This document shows positions 29,176 through 38,637 of a DNA stretch of 64,000 nucleotides, piece after piece; position 1 is the stretch's first letter; the number at the start of each line of letters is the position of its first letter. The notes under the pieces are model-generated. The model had not been told where the DNA came from. It ran no database searches and saw nothing but the letters and a program-made list of their open reading frames with translations. The stretch lies in assembly GCA_014728035.1 (NCBI GenBank), contig WJMJ01000022.1, positions 32,001-96,000 of the forward strand. Direction: 5' to 3'. A program made the translations under genes and the position numbers. This DNA comes from Promethearchaeota archaeon. Lineage in GTDB: Archaea > Asgardarchaeota > Thorarchaeia > Thorarchaeales > Thorarchaeaceae.

Positions 29176-29319
29176 ATGGTCTATGTATGTCACAACTGTA
29201 GAAAAGAAGTGACACCGGAGGGACTCAAAACACTACCAGGTGTGAAATGTCCATATTGCGGTGGCAGAATTCTATACAAAATACGCCCTCCTGTTGTTAA
29301 GCGAGTCAAAGGTGTATAA
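29176..29319 (+). CDS. rpoP: RNA polymerase subunit Rpo12 (P); absent from ORF track
   Basis: MVYVCHNCRKEV..VKCPYCGGRILYKIRPPVVKRVKGV, 47 aa. Confidence 0.93.
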   Translation: MVYVCHNCRKEVTPEGLKTLPGVKCPYCGGRILYKIRPPVVKRVKGV

Positions 29320-29344
29320 ATATAGCCTGTTATTCAAGCCCATT

Positions 29345-29443
29345 TCAGGGCTTGAAGATTAGAGCTGCTGCAGCTAACATAGACACTAGAAACAGCATAA
29401 GAAAACAGACTCCAATAAGTTTCTTCTTCAATGCATATCTCAT
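29345..29443 (-). CDS. Putative 32-aa single-pass membrane microprotein (MRYALKKKLIGVCFLMLFLVSMLAAAALIFKP)
   Basis: ATG 1 nt after the get3 stop; basic N-terminus plus about 22 hydrophobic residues; fills the gap to rpoP. Confidence 0.65.
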   Translation of the reverse strand: MRYALKKKLIGVCFLMLFLVSMLAAAALIFKP

Positions 29444-29444
29444 T

Positions 29445-30404
29445 TTATTCATCATTCCCTATTAGAATATCTCCAAGTCTTCTAAGGCCTTCTACTCCTC
29501 TTATCTCTTGGTTAAATAAAGGCACCTCGGTTAATTCCATGTCTTGGTACAACTCTCTGATATCTTCCATATTAGATTGCTGCATTTGTCGTCTTTTATT
29601 GCAAAATTGACATGATGGACTTTCTGGTACTAACTGATTAATAACGATGTTATTTGCTGGAATATTCCAAGCATGAAGGCTTGCCAAGAGACGTTGAGTT
29701 TCAAATACAGCCATTGCTTCTGGTATCATGACCACTACAAATTGAGTCACTTCTTCATCAGCTAGCTCGATTCGGGCAGCTCTGATTTTTTCCTTTGTCT
29801 GTTGAAGCATTTCCCATGAGCGATCTTCCTCTCCGCCTCCTCCAAACATCGACTTGAGACCTGACATCATTGAACTGAGTCGTTGTCTTAGAGTTAGCAT
29901 TTTACCAAGCCAGCTATCAAGAAGTTCTGGTAGCTCTAAGAGTTTGAGAGTGTGGCCTGTGGGCGCAGTATCAAAAATAACTCTGTCATAGGATGAATCT
30001 TCAATAAATTCTAATATCTTTCCAAAGGCCATTGCTTCATCAGAACCTGGAGGCGCCATACCGCCAACATCGCCCATGAATTGGGATGCCATCTCCATCT
30101 CAGGCCCACCTGCTCCAGAACCCATTGCGGTCTGGAATTCTTCCATTCCTTTCTCCGTATTGATCTCCATTCCCCAGAGATTGTCAACTCCCTCGATTGG
30201 AATGACTTCTCCACCAGCAAGGTTTTGATCAAAACTATCTGAGAGGCTATGAGCTGGGTCTGTGGATAAGACAAGTGTTCGATATCCGTGCTGTGCTGAC
30301 AAAACTGCCATTGCACCAGCACAACTGGTCTTTCCAACACCGCCTTTGCCGCCAGAAAGAATGAATTTGATTGTATCCTTGTATATTATCTCTCTAAGAG
30401 TCAT
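29445..30404 (-). CDS. Get3/TRC40-ArsA family ATPase (single domain, Get3-like)
   Basis: GGKGGVGKTS; STDPAHSLSD; FDTAPTGHTL; Met-rich helical insert; C-terminal CQFC. Confidence 0.92.
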   Translation of the reverse strand: MTLREIIYKDTIKFILSGGKGGVGKTSCAGAMAVLSAQHGYRTLVLSTDPAHSLSDSFDQNLAGGEVIPIEGVDNLWGMEINTEKGMEEFQTAMGSGAGGPEMEMASQFMGDVGGMAPPGSDEAMAFGKILEFIEDSSYDRVIFDTAPTGHTLKLLELPELLDSWLGKMLTLRQRLSSMMSGLKSMFGGGGEEDRSWEMLQQTKEKIRAARIELADEEVTQFVVVMIPEAMAVFETQRLLASLHAWNIPANNIVINQLVPESPSCQFCNKRRQMQQSNMEDIRELYQDMELTEVPLFNQEIRGVEGLRRLGDILIGNDE

Positions 30405-30485
30405 TATCGTCCACTAAACTCTTCATTTTCTGTATGACTATTAATCCTTCTATCTGCTGTTTTTAGACTCATCACGAATAGACTT

Positions 30486-31271
30486 ATGGCATTTCAAACT
30501 TCATCCATACTTGGTTCAATCTGTTTCCGTGCAATCCAGGAGGTTGCTTTCGTGTCATTTCCTCAAGTACGCACATCTGTCGATGAATTCCCCTCAACAA
30601 TTCTGAAGTTATTAGATATTTCAGTACCAGCTAATTTTCCTCCTCCAAACGAGGAGATTGTATCTAAATTCAATCCTAAAGCTATGGTTATGATTATGAT
30701 TGATAATTTTGGTCTTTTTGAAGCGGTTGTGTACAAACCTGAGGCTCTGATTAGAAATATGGAAGCACTTGCACTTCTCGAAACCGATGACCCGTATGCC
30801 GAACCATTAATCAAACGGATCTTACAGGGCTCGAATAGTGGTTTTCATCTTGTTCAGCACGTTCGCCAGTTTGGCAAATTTGTCAAGGTTGTATGCAGAG
30901 ATGATGAAACTGACCTGTTTGGTTTTGACAAAGGTTATACTGTAGGTGTGCGGGATGACATGTCTACATATGTAGAATCTACAAAACATGTCTTTCGCAG
31001 CGAGCTCTTATACCTCCATTTTCTAGATTTTGAATCACTCTATGCACAATATGGTCATCGCACACCTCCAACCAAGCTTCTTGAAAAAATAGTGAAACGT
31101 ACTGATAATTGGGTTAAGGTGTTATTACGACAAGCCAGAGTCGGAACGCTCTTTGTCATTGTGGGAAACCATGGCCGTCACACTATTCCTCTTGATTATG
31201 ATGGGAAGCTCGCAGAATGGAGAAAAGCTAATGCTCCGGTTGCTATCATGTTTCAGAAAAGATCCGAATAG
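30486..31271 (+). CDS. Alkaline-phosphatase-superfamily-like protein, degenerate
   Basis: MIDNFG and IVGNHG resemble AP-fold motifs (DxxG, xDHG). Confidence 0.55.
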   Translation: MAFQTSSILGSICFRAIQEVAFVSFPQVRTSVDEFPSTILKLLDISVPANFPPPNEEIVSKFNPKAMVMIMIDNFGLFEAVVYKPEALIRNMEALALLETDDPYAEPLIKRILQGSNSGFHLVQHVRQFGKFVKVVCRDDETDLFGFDKGYTVGVRDDMSTYVESTKHVFRSELLYLHFLDFESLYAQYGHRTPPTKLLEKIVKRTDNWVKVLLRQARVGTLFVIVGNHGRHTIPLDYDGKLAEWRKANAPVAIMFQKRSE

Positions 31272-31272
31272 A

Positions 31273-32064
31273 TTATATCAAAGCAGGAAGTCCGAATAGG
31301 ATTGCAATAGCTCCTAAGAGAATGCAAAGCTTCCAGAAACTTACTTTCTTGGCAATTCGAAGCAAAAATTCCATTGACGCAAGACCTACAATAAATACTA
31401 CTATTTCAATCAGGACCAAATCTATTGGTGCTACGGGAAGGGGAGCATTTCCAATCACCACATCCAAAACGAATATTCCCAGTACAGCTGGGACACTCAT
31501 TAGAAAACTGAATGCCATTGCTTTTTCTTTCTCAATCTTTTGCATTAGCAGAGCAGATATTGTTATCCCTGAACGACTGAGACCGGGTAACACAGCAAAC
31601 CCTTGAGCTAATCCCGCGAATAAGGCTTGTTTCGATTCAGGTTCCTCAACCTGTTCAATCTCTGCATTTTCAGCATTACGTGTTGGTAGATACAAGAAGA
31701 CTGCAGTTACGAACAGTAGTCCACCTACTAGCACATTCACAATTTCTCCATGGAATGTTGTAAGCGTTTCTTTAAGCACAAGATAAAGTGGTATTGCCGT
31801 AATTGCTGTTCCAATGGTTGCGATAAGTAGCGTTCGAAACAATTTTTGATCCTTGAAGCTAATAATCTCTAGTATGGTTCTAGGATATCTGACTATCACT
31901 GCCAATGCGGTTCCAAGATGAAGCCACACTACTAAGGTCAGCATCTGACTCATGGGAATTGTTGCAAAATTGTATATGTATAGAACAGCTTGCCCCTCAC
32001 TACTGATAGGCAACCACTCAACGAGTCCCTGAATTAGTGCAACAATAATCTGCCAAGGTTCCAT
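31273..32064 (-). CDS. uppP: Undecaprenyl/dolichyl-diphosphate phosphatase (BacA family)
   Basis: QGLVEWLPISSEG; HLGT; PGLSRSG.T; FSFLMSVPA; ATG 32064. Confidence 0.92.
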   Translation of the reverse strand: MEPWQIIVALIQGLVEWLPISSEGQAVLYIYNFATIPMSQMLTLVVWLHLGTALAVIVRYPRTILEIISFKDQKLFRTLLIATIGTAITAIPLYLVLKETLTTFHGEIVNVLVGGLLFVTAVFLYLPTRNAENAEIEQVEEPESKQALFAGLAQGFAVLPGLSRSGITISALLMQKIEKEKAMAFSFLMSVPAVLGIFVLDVVIGNAPLPVAPIDLVLIEIVVFIVGLASMEFLLRIAKKVSFWKLCILLGAIAILFGLPALI

Positions 32065-32138
32065 ATTGCTTTCCTCTTCAAATTGAGGCGAAGTCCCCAA
32101 GACTTAAAAGATTCCGTTAGAGGCTGCGCATTGAAGTT

Positions 32139-32810
32139 GTGGATATAATGGTTCTTGATAATGGTCGCTATATTAGCTCTGAAATGGGCAACATAACCCA
32201 AATGTTAGAAGAACACTTCAGAACTGCCCTCTCAATCAATAAAATGGTTGTAAATGCTGTAACGGAGTGGCTAGAAGAAAATAAAGCCATCCAGCCAGAC
32301 ACTCTTTCCAAGATGACTGAACTAGAGGTACAAGGTGACTCGCTAAAAAGAAAACTCCTCCTCGAGCTTGCTAATGCCACAACACTGATGCAACGTGAGG
32401 ATTTGCTTCGTCTTGTTCATTATAATGACAAATTGATAGATGGAGCAGAAATTGCTGGTTACCACCTTGCAGCTATGATGGACAAATGGGCGCCAACTGG
32501 AGCTTTACGAGCAAAAGTGATTGAACTTGTCAATCTCTACATGTCAGAGATCAAAGAGCAGCGTGAAGCAGTACGTTTTCTCTCAATTAACATGGTAGAA
32601 TCTATGAAGCGTGCTGATGAGATTTGCAAGATTGAAAAAGCTCTTGATGTGCTTCAACGCGAAATTCTTACTCTACTTTATTCTGAGAAGATTGACATAT
32701 CTATACTCCTTAGATTTCGTGATTTCCTCAATACTATTGAAGAGCTCGCCAATCTTGGTGAAGATGCTGCAATCACAATTAGAAGTCTATCATTGACTCT
32801 CAACACTTAG
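32139..32810 (+). CDS. DUF47 / PhoU-like phosphate transport regulator family protein
   Basis: E..GD.LKR; REDLLRLV..D; IE..LD; IEELAN..ED. Confidence 0.82.
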   Translation: MDIMVLDNGRYISSEMGNITQMLEEHFRTALSINKMVVNAVTEWLEENKAIQPDTLSKMTELEVQGDSLKRKLLLELANATTLMQREDLLRLVHYNDKLIDGAEIAGYHLAAMMDKWAPTGALRAKVIELVNLYMSEIKEQREAVRFLSINMVESMKRADEICKIEKALDVLQREILTLLYSEKIDISILLRFRDFLNTIEELANLGEDAAITIRSLSLTLNT

Positions 32811-32823
32811 TTGGTGTTTTGGA

Positions 32824-33390
32824 GTGGACACGAAACCAGAAATAGTTCCTACGGCAAAATTCACCGTTGATAGGGCTGTTGTCTGGAAGCCAGAAGATGG
32901 TATGTATCTCTATGGGAATGGATATTTCGGTCAACCAGTAGGTATTAGAAAACCAAAGTCACCTGAGTTTGAAAAACCATTGGAACTTTCACTCATTGAA
33001 TGTGCCTATCTTATGAAAGAAAAGCGACTAAAGGTTCTATCAGTGAAATCTTCTGTTGAGATGACCCTTGAAGAAGTCATCCATGCTGGGTTGGAGATTG
33101 ATAAAGAGTTCAATGAGCGATTGAAAGTCTACACTGAACTTAGAAGTCGAGGATATATAGTGCGACCAGGACTGAAGTTTGGAACCGATTTTTCTGTATA
33201 CGAGAAAGGACCAGGTATCGATCATGCTCCATTTTTAGTTCATGTAATTCCTCAACGGGTGGGTGTTGAGCCTCTCGATATAGTTCGAGCAGGACGATTA
33301 GCAACGAGCGTGCGGAAAAAATTCCTTATTGCCACTATCAAAGACAATGGTCAAATTGTTTACTACTCGTTTGTATGGCATAGACCATGA
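32824..33390 (+). CDS. endA: tRNA-splicing endonuclease (catalytic)
   Basis: LSLIECAYL; VY.ELRSRGY.VRPGLKFGTDF.VY..GPG..HA; RLATSVRKK. Confidence 0.95.
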   Translation: MDTKPEIVPTAKFTVDRAVVWKPEDGMYLYGNGYFGQPVGIRKPKSPEFEKPLELSLIECAYLMKEKRLKVLSVKSSVEMTLEEVIHAGLEIDKEFNERLKVYTELRSRGYIVRPGLKFGTDFSVYEKGPGIDHAPFLVHVIPQRVGVEPLDIVRAGRLATSVRKKFLIATIKDNGQIVYYSFVWHRP

Positions 33391-33487
33391 CATCAACATC
33401 ACTTTTTTAACGAACTACTAGTAAGACAAATAAAGGCTGAATACATCAGTCACTTATCCCTCTTATAGCCCACGAGGTAGATTCCTA

Positions 33488-33805
33488 ATGGCAGACAAGG
33501 CAGAAAACGCAAAGACCTTTGGAGCACTATTGGCTCAAGCATGGGAAAATACACCTTCCTTCATCTGTAGCAACGAATACTATATTTACTGCCTCTTTCC
33601 TGCAGATGAAACGAAGGAGCAATGGATTGAAGCATCAATCACTTTTCCTGATGGCTCATTAGATAAGAAAGACATCTCAGCTTCAAAAGCGATTGCTCTT
33701 CTTGTTGAAGAGCTGAAACTTTTGCCAACTTATGGTGCTGATACAATAGTAACATCAAAGGCCAAATTAGATCAAGTAGCCGTCAGACTGGGCACGTTGA
33801 CATAA
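33488..33805 (+). CDS. Hypothetical protein
   Basis: 105-aa ORF with SD GAGGT and TATA-like sequence upstream. Confidence 0.7.
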   Translation: MADKAENAKTFGALLAQAWENTPSFICSNEYYIYCLFPADETKEQWIEASITFPDGSLDKKDISASKAIALLVEELKLLPTYGADTIVTSKAKLDQVAVRLGTLT

Positions 33806-33873
33806 CACTCAGCTCAATACACGAAAATGATAGGCTCTAGGCCTATCGGAAATAGAAATGGGAGTGAAACCCG

Positions 33874-34683
33874 ATGTCAAAGGCGCTCATCGTTTGTCGA
33901 GAGTGTGGCCGTGAGGTCCCCGATGGACGATTTTGTAAGTTCTGCGGTAAACCTTTGGAAACAGAGGATAATATATCTCTTGAAGATGTTGAGGTCGATA
34001 CTGAAGAAACTTTGACATCTGATGTGATTTTATCCGAGTCGCATGAAGAAAAACTTCCTGAGTTCAGTATTGCGGTGGATGGCATGGATCATCGATCCTT
34101 AGCATCCATTCTTTCTAGGTCCGAACTTGTTGTACTACAATCAGACCTCGATTCGATTATCGAACAGATTCAAGCAATTCGTCAAGCTCTCAAGCTGGAA
34201 CACGCTGACAAAGACTTGTTAACTTCTCGTGCTCAAGAACTTCGAACTCGTTTTGACGCAGGTAAAGGTCGTCGAAGTGAGCTGTCTGAATTTCGTTCGA
34301 CTTTGAAGTTAGAGGAGTGTTCAGAAAAACTAGCTGCTGAAAATATTCGACTAGAAAAACTAGAAGAAATCAAGTCTACACTTGACTCAGCAGTCTATAA
34401 AGAACAAAAAGACGAGATATTAACCCGTATGAAGGCGTTTCGCCACGAGCTGAAAGCCCTCATTAAAGTGGGGAAATCTTGGAGAAAAGCTTTGAATAAC
34501 TCGGCCAAAGATATTGAGCGAAGTATTAATCGGGTCGAAGCAAAACACAAAATTGGAGATATTTCTGATAGCCATTATAGACGTTCGAAGGAAGAACTTG
34601 AGCGAGACCTAAGGATTCTAACTGGTGGGATAAAAATACTTGAGGAGGTAATTGATTCAGCTGAGCAAACTCTGAAAACTTAG
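33874..34683 (+). CDS. Zn-ribbon plus long coiled-coil protein
   Basis: CRECG..FCKFCG; heptad repeats; KIGDISDSHY. Confidence 0.75.
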   Translation: MSKALIVCRECGREVPDGRFCKFCGKPLETEDNISLEDVEVDTEETLTSDVILSESHEEKLPEFSIAVDGMDHRSLASILSRSELVVLQSDLDSIIEQIQAIRQALKLEHADKDLLTSRAQELRTRFDAGKGRRSELSEFRSTLKLEECSEKLAAENIRLEKLEEIKSTLDSAVYKEQKDEILTRMKAFRHELKALIKVGKSWRKALNNSAKDIERSINRVEAKHKIGDISDSHYRRSKEELERDLRILTGGIKILEEVIDSAEQTLKT

Positions 34684-34700
34684 CTGATATACTGGAGTGA

Positions 34701-35015
34701 ATGATAATGAGCACTCTTCCAGAATGTAGTCCCCTATGTAAGAAATTTAAATGCGAAAAACAGCCTCGTGCTTTGAAGATTCGTAGAAAAAGTGGTCAAA
34801 AGATCATTTGGTGCACGTGGGTTGATGACGAATGTGATGGCCCCTTTTGCAAATTTGGGGCATGTGCAATACGAAAGATGACCATGGATGGGTATTGTAA
34901 ACGTGTAACCAAGAAAAAGGAACCTGATGATTTGGATTATATTGATGACGATTTCCCCTCTGATGAAGCTATTCCGAAGAAATATGCTAAGAAAATCAAA
35001 ACAAAAGGGAAATAG
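34701..35015 (+). CDS. Cys-rich conserved hypothetical protein
   Basis: CSPLCKKFKC..WCTWVDDECDG..C..GAC..C. Confidence 0.75.
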   Translation: MIMSTLPECSPLCKKFKCEKQPRALKIRRKSGQKIIWCTWVDDECDGPFCKFGACAIRKMTMDGYCKRVTKKKEPDDLDYIDDDFPSDEAIPKKYAKKIKTKGK

Positions 35016-35092
35016 TCTTTATGGGCAAGGTTGACCTTGCCCAAATCTCTATAAGCAGTATCATGTTGCATCAGTTTGTCAGGTGATATAAG

Positions 35093-35218
35093 TTGTTTGA
35101 GGAAATCCGCTCTGAGATGAGAGCTCTTATAGCTTTCATGATTGGTATATCCCTCTTGGGAATTGGTATTCTTTTGGAACAGATGCTCTTTGCTATAAAG
35201 TATCTTGGACCTCCATAG
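35093..35218 (+). CDS. Putative 41-aa single-pass membrane microprotein (MFEEIRSEMRALIAFMIGISLLGIGILLEQMLFAIKYLGPP)
   Basis: TATA-like CTATAAG at about 35049, SD AGGTGA at 35081, TTG start, hydrophobic helix; absent from ORF track. Confidence 0.65.
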   Translation: MFEEIRSEMRALIAFMIGISLLGIGILLEQMLFAIKYLGPP

Positions 35219-35231
35219 AACAATAATCTGA

Positions 35232-36227
35232 GTGATTCTTTTGAAGTCATTAGAAAAGATAGTATCTTCACTTAGAAGCTTTGATGGAATCGCTAGGAAG
35301 TTCGTAATACCCAACATAATTCATAGATTACGTGATAGCTCGTATAATGGGAATCTTCCACATTCTCTTGGTGAAGATTCTGCAGCAATCGGAACCGATT
35401 GTGATGATTTTGTTCTACTTACTACTGATGCGATTGTTGAAGAATTATGTCTTAATCATCCACATGCAGCGGGATTCAATGCAGTTCTTGCAAATATAAT
35501 GGACATCTATGCAGCAGGTGGAACTCCTACCTCGTTTGCTGTAGCACTCTCTTACTCTGACCCTCAAATCGGTGATAATCTGTTACAAGGTCTAATAGAT
35601 GGTTCACACACATTTCGAGTACCGATAGTACGTGGTCATACTAATCCCTCATCATCTTCAACTTACGTTGTTGGATCTGCAACTGGTACAGTCAATAAGC
35701 ATGATATTCTTACAGCTGGTGGTGCTGAAGAAGATGACCAACTGATTATTCTGTTTGATAAAACCGGACAGCGTGGTGAACATTATACCCTCGGCTGGGA
35801 CGCGGTTACCAATCGACAATCTGAAGAAGTAATCAAACGTCTCTCTTTGATGAATTCTCTTGCCAAAGAACATCTTGTTCATGCTGCAAAGGATATTTCG
35901 GTTGCTGGAATGGTTGGAACAACAGGAATGATGTTGGAATATTCGGGGAAGGGTGGCATTTTAGACCTAGATGAAATTGATGCACATCGCCCCGACTCTA
36001 TAAGTTTTGAAGATTGGCTTCGAATGTATATCTCACTGGGATTCTTAGTTGCAGTCCCTCAAGAAAACAAATCCCGACTCTTTGATTTGTCTGCTCAACA
36101 TGCATTGTATGCTGTAGAAATAGGTGTTGTTAATTCATCAGAAAATCTCGCACTTAAGTCAGGCTCAAATACTGAGATAATGTTTGATTTTTCAAGTGGT
36201 CCATTACTAACCCCAAAAAGAATGTAA
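35232..36227 (+). CDS. AIR synthase-related (PurM/ThiL superfamily; methanogenesis marker 2/sll0787-like) protein
   Basis: LRSFDGIARK; GEDSAAI; NIMDIYAAGG.P; GHTNP; AKDIS.AG..GT.GMMLE.SG. Confidence 0.85.
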   Translation: MILLKSLEKIVSSLRSFDGIARKFVIPNIIHRLRDSSYNGNLPHSLGEDSAAIGTDCDDFVLLTTDAIVEELCLNHPHAAGFNAVLANIMDIYAAGGTPTSFAVALSYSDPQIGDNLLQGLIDGSHTFRVPIVRGHTNPSSSSTYVVGSATGTVNKHDILTAGGAEEDDQLIILFDKTGQRGEHYTLGWDAVTNRQSEEVIKRLSLMNSLAKEHLVHAAKDISVAGMVGTTGMMLEYSGKGGILDLDEIDAHRPDSISFEDWLRMYISLGFLVAVPQENKSRLFDLSAQHALYAVEIGVVNSSENLALKSGSNTEIMFDFSSGPLLTPKRM

Positions 36228-36278
36228 TACTGATTAGTCCGTCAACGTTATAATGCCATAATCCCGTAAAGACCTGAA

Positions 36279-36500
36279 GTGGCAAACGTGTCAAAGAAAG
36301 TTTGTAGTATTGTTGGTTGTGAAAAGCCTTCGAAGAGGTCATTTGCAACATCCCGAATCGGTAAGAGTATCTCTAATGCAGGTCTACAACTGGAGGATGC
36401 TCGCTCACGAAAAGCCTATCTTTGTAGAGATCATTGGAAAAAAGTCAAGAAATATTACAAGAAAGATACAAAGGCTGAACGATTACGCTGGGGTCATTGA
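36279..36500 (+). CDS. Small basic zinc-finger-like conserved archaeal protein
   Basis: CSIVGC..RS..AYLCRDHWK. Confidence 0.75.
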   Translation: MANVSKKVCSIVGCEKPSKRSFATSRIGKSISNAGLQLEDARSRKAYLCRDHWKKVKKYYKKDTKAERLRWGH

Positions 36501-36548
36501 CCAGGTTTTTCCAATGCTCTGGTCTTCTCCAAGTTATAAGGTGATGAG

Positions 36549-36887
36549 ATGACCGATGAACTATCCTCTCTCTTGAGCCCAAATTACAAGTTGTGGTTGG
36601 AACACGATGGCGAATATGTTTTTGGTCCGGGTGCTTATGCGATACTGGTAAGCATCGATGAAGAGGGTACTATTACTAAGGGCGCCGAGGCACTCGGTAT
36701 GTCCTACAGATATGCTTGGGGTGTTATTAAGAAGATTGAGAAAAAATTAGGTTTTCCTCTTCTTGAAACTTTCAAAGGTGGTACAGTTGGTGGTGGAGGC
36801 GCAATTGTTACAGAAAAAGGAAAGCAGCTAATGGAGATGTTTGTTCGGGTTAAAACCGAATTGGATCATGTCATTCAGAACAAATGA
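36549..36887 (+). CDS. ModE-like winged-helix regulator
   Basis: FGPG; GTITKGA..LGMSYRYAW; KGG..GGGA..TEKG. Confidence 0.9.
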   Translation: MTDELSSLLSPNYKLWLEHDGEYVFGPGAYAILVSIDEEGTITKGAEALGMSYRYAWGVIKKIEKKLGFPLLETFKGGTVGGGGAIVTEKGKQLMEMFVRVKTELDHVIQNK

Positions 36888-36967
36888 CAGAATTATTTTG
36901 AAAAAGGTTAAGATTTGGTTGCTTTACCAGAATTGCATCTTGGCTCCACAACCATAATCTGTTTTAT

Positions 36968-38035
36968 TTAACCGAATTTAATCTCGATAGCTCCGTTTGG
37001 ACAGTGACTGAGACATTCCAGACACATGATACAATCTGGAGAGTGTACATGCTGATACGGAAACCTTCTGATTCGTATATTCATTGGACAGACTACCTCA
37101 CAGGTATTGCATTCCTTAGGAGTACATTTTGCAGGGTTTCTGCCTATTCCTATCAGCGAATCTCTAGCTATTACTCCATATAACCATCCAGCTGGACATA
37201 GCCATCTGCAGAACCAACGTGGGAACCATATTGAAACAATGACAACAAGTGCTACAAATCCAATTTGCGCTAGGAAAATTCCCCAAGTTGAAATCAACCA
37301 GAGTGTTTCAATACTAGTAGGCCATGCTTGTTCTGGTGCGAGTTTGAAAATAATATATGCTGGATTTATGGGATCAAATGCTGCATACGCAAATAAACCA
37401 AGGGTATTGATGAGATTCTCTGCACTGTTCTGAAGAACACTTACAAACATCCAGACCGCCAAGAACATCACAATAATGAAGAGATATCCTTTGACACGTC
37501 GTAATTCTTCCTCGGTGTTTGGAGCTGGTCTTATTTTCTCACGGGTTAGTAACGATGCAAAATCCTGAAATGTTCCAATTGGACAGACCCAACCACAAGC
37601 GGCGCGTCCTACTATTGCCAGGATAATAATCATTGCTCCAAGGGTGAAGAACGGAAAAATTCCTGCTGTAAACTCTCTCTGCATAGTATCAAAAGAACCA
37701 GCTATCATTGCAAATGGAGCTTCTAAAGGTGCAATTATCGGTAATGTGGGTAGCAAATTTCTAAATTGCTCCCAGAAGATTGTGACCTGTTCGAGTCCAA
37801 ACCATGCCGTGAAGATATAGGCATTGATTGCAAATATGAAGAATATCTGAACCAGTCTCCGAAGCATTCTGATGTTGACCAGGAGCGAGAGCGGATACGG
37901 TATTCTACCTTTGACTTTGCGTTTCTTATCTTTCTTCTTCTCCTTTTCTGGAGCACTCTCTTTCTTTTTGGGTTTGGTCTCTTCGGAATCAGCTTCATCA
38001 GCTTTTTCTTCGGACCTTTCGCCTTCCTCTGACAT
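36968..38035 (-). CDS. NapH/MauN-like membrane polyferredoxin
   Basis: GRAACGWVCPIG; RWFCRWLCPAG; CEVVCPM; CIMCLECLSHCP; several TM helices. Confidence 0.88.
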   Translation of the reverse strand: MSEEGERSEEKADEADSEETKPKKKESAPEKEKKKDKKRKVKGRIPYPLSLLVNIRMLRRLVQIFFIFAINAYIFTAWFGLEQVTIFWEQFRNLLPTLPIIAPLEAPFAMIAGSFDTMQREFTAGIFPFFTLGAMIIILAIVGRAACGWVCPIGTFQDFASLLTREKIRPAPNTEEELRRVKGYLFIIVMFLAVWMFVSVLQNSAENLINTLGLFAYAAFDPINPAYIIFKLAPEQAWPTSIETLWLISTWGIFLAQIGFVALVVIVSIWFPRWFCRWLCPAGWLYGVIARDSLIGIGRNPAKCTPKECNTCEVVCPMNIRIRRFPYQHVHSPDCIMCLECLSHCPNGAIEIKFG

Positions 38036-38133
38036 AGCAATCAATCTCGCCTAAGGCGTTCTAGCGGCGAAAACTTGAACCAGTATTAAAAACATTGTGT
38101 TGAGTGTGGTTATCAACAATCATCATTCTCGAT

Positions 38134-38547
38134 TTAGCTCAGCGCTATGAATTTTACCAACAGCTCTCCATCATTTACTTTTACTACATTAAGATTGTAA
38201 GCTCCCGCTGACTCGGGAGGTATGAGAATGATAGTACTTGTATAAGTTTCAACCCACGTAATGGTCTGTATCATGTCGTGTTGGAATGTAATCGTGAGAG
38301 TGGAACCAGAAGCACTAATCGACACACCAGATGGGACCTCAATTTCGACAAGCGTGTCATTTGTAATGCCACAATCCGTACTATTCACGATGTCATGTAC
38401 TTGTTCTGCAAAGACCTGTGCTGTTTCTATCTGGGTTGCGTTATTCACGGTATTCATTGCATATAGCAATACTGGAACTCCGACCAAGACTGCAGTTGTA
38501 AGTCCCACAGCAACTAACATCATTTTTTCTAGAGATCTTGATACCAT
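38134..38547 (-). CDS. Membrane-anchored, pilin-like secreted protein
   Basis: N-terminal hydrophobic helix after SRSLEK followed by a beta-rich domain; start uncertain. Confidence 0.55.
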   Translation of the reverse strand: MVSRSLEKMMLVAVGLTTAVLVGVPVLLYAMNTVNNATQIETAQVFAEQVHDIVNSTDCGITNDTLVEIEVPSGVSISASGSTLTITFQHDMIQTITWVETYTSTIILIPPESAGAYNLNVVKVNDGELLVKFIALS

Positions 38548-38637
38548 ATCTTTCAATGATACAACATTACTCATAAACTGCTCTCTTTTCGTCAAAGTTT
38601 TTACAGATGAAATTCACCTGAAACCTGAGGAGTATTC

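Noticed and set aside
29445-30404. Arsenite efflux ArsA
   Set aside because: Single domain, Get3-type Met-rich insert and CxxC, no arsB/acr3/arsD nearby
34937-35317. Minus-strand ORFs of 126 and 66 aa
   Set aside because: Shadow ORFs of the plus-strand 41-aa membrane protein and flanking genes
35232-36227. Possible selD near the Sec cluster
   Set aside because: Lacks the N-terminal [CU]xxK motif of selenophosphate synthetase; motifs fit the marker-2/sll0787-like AIR synthase group
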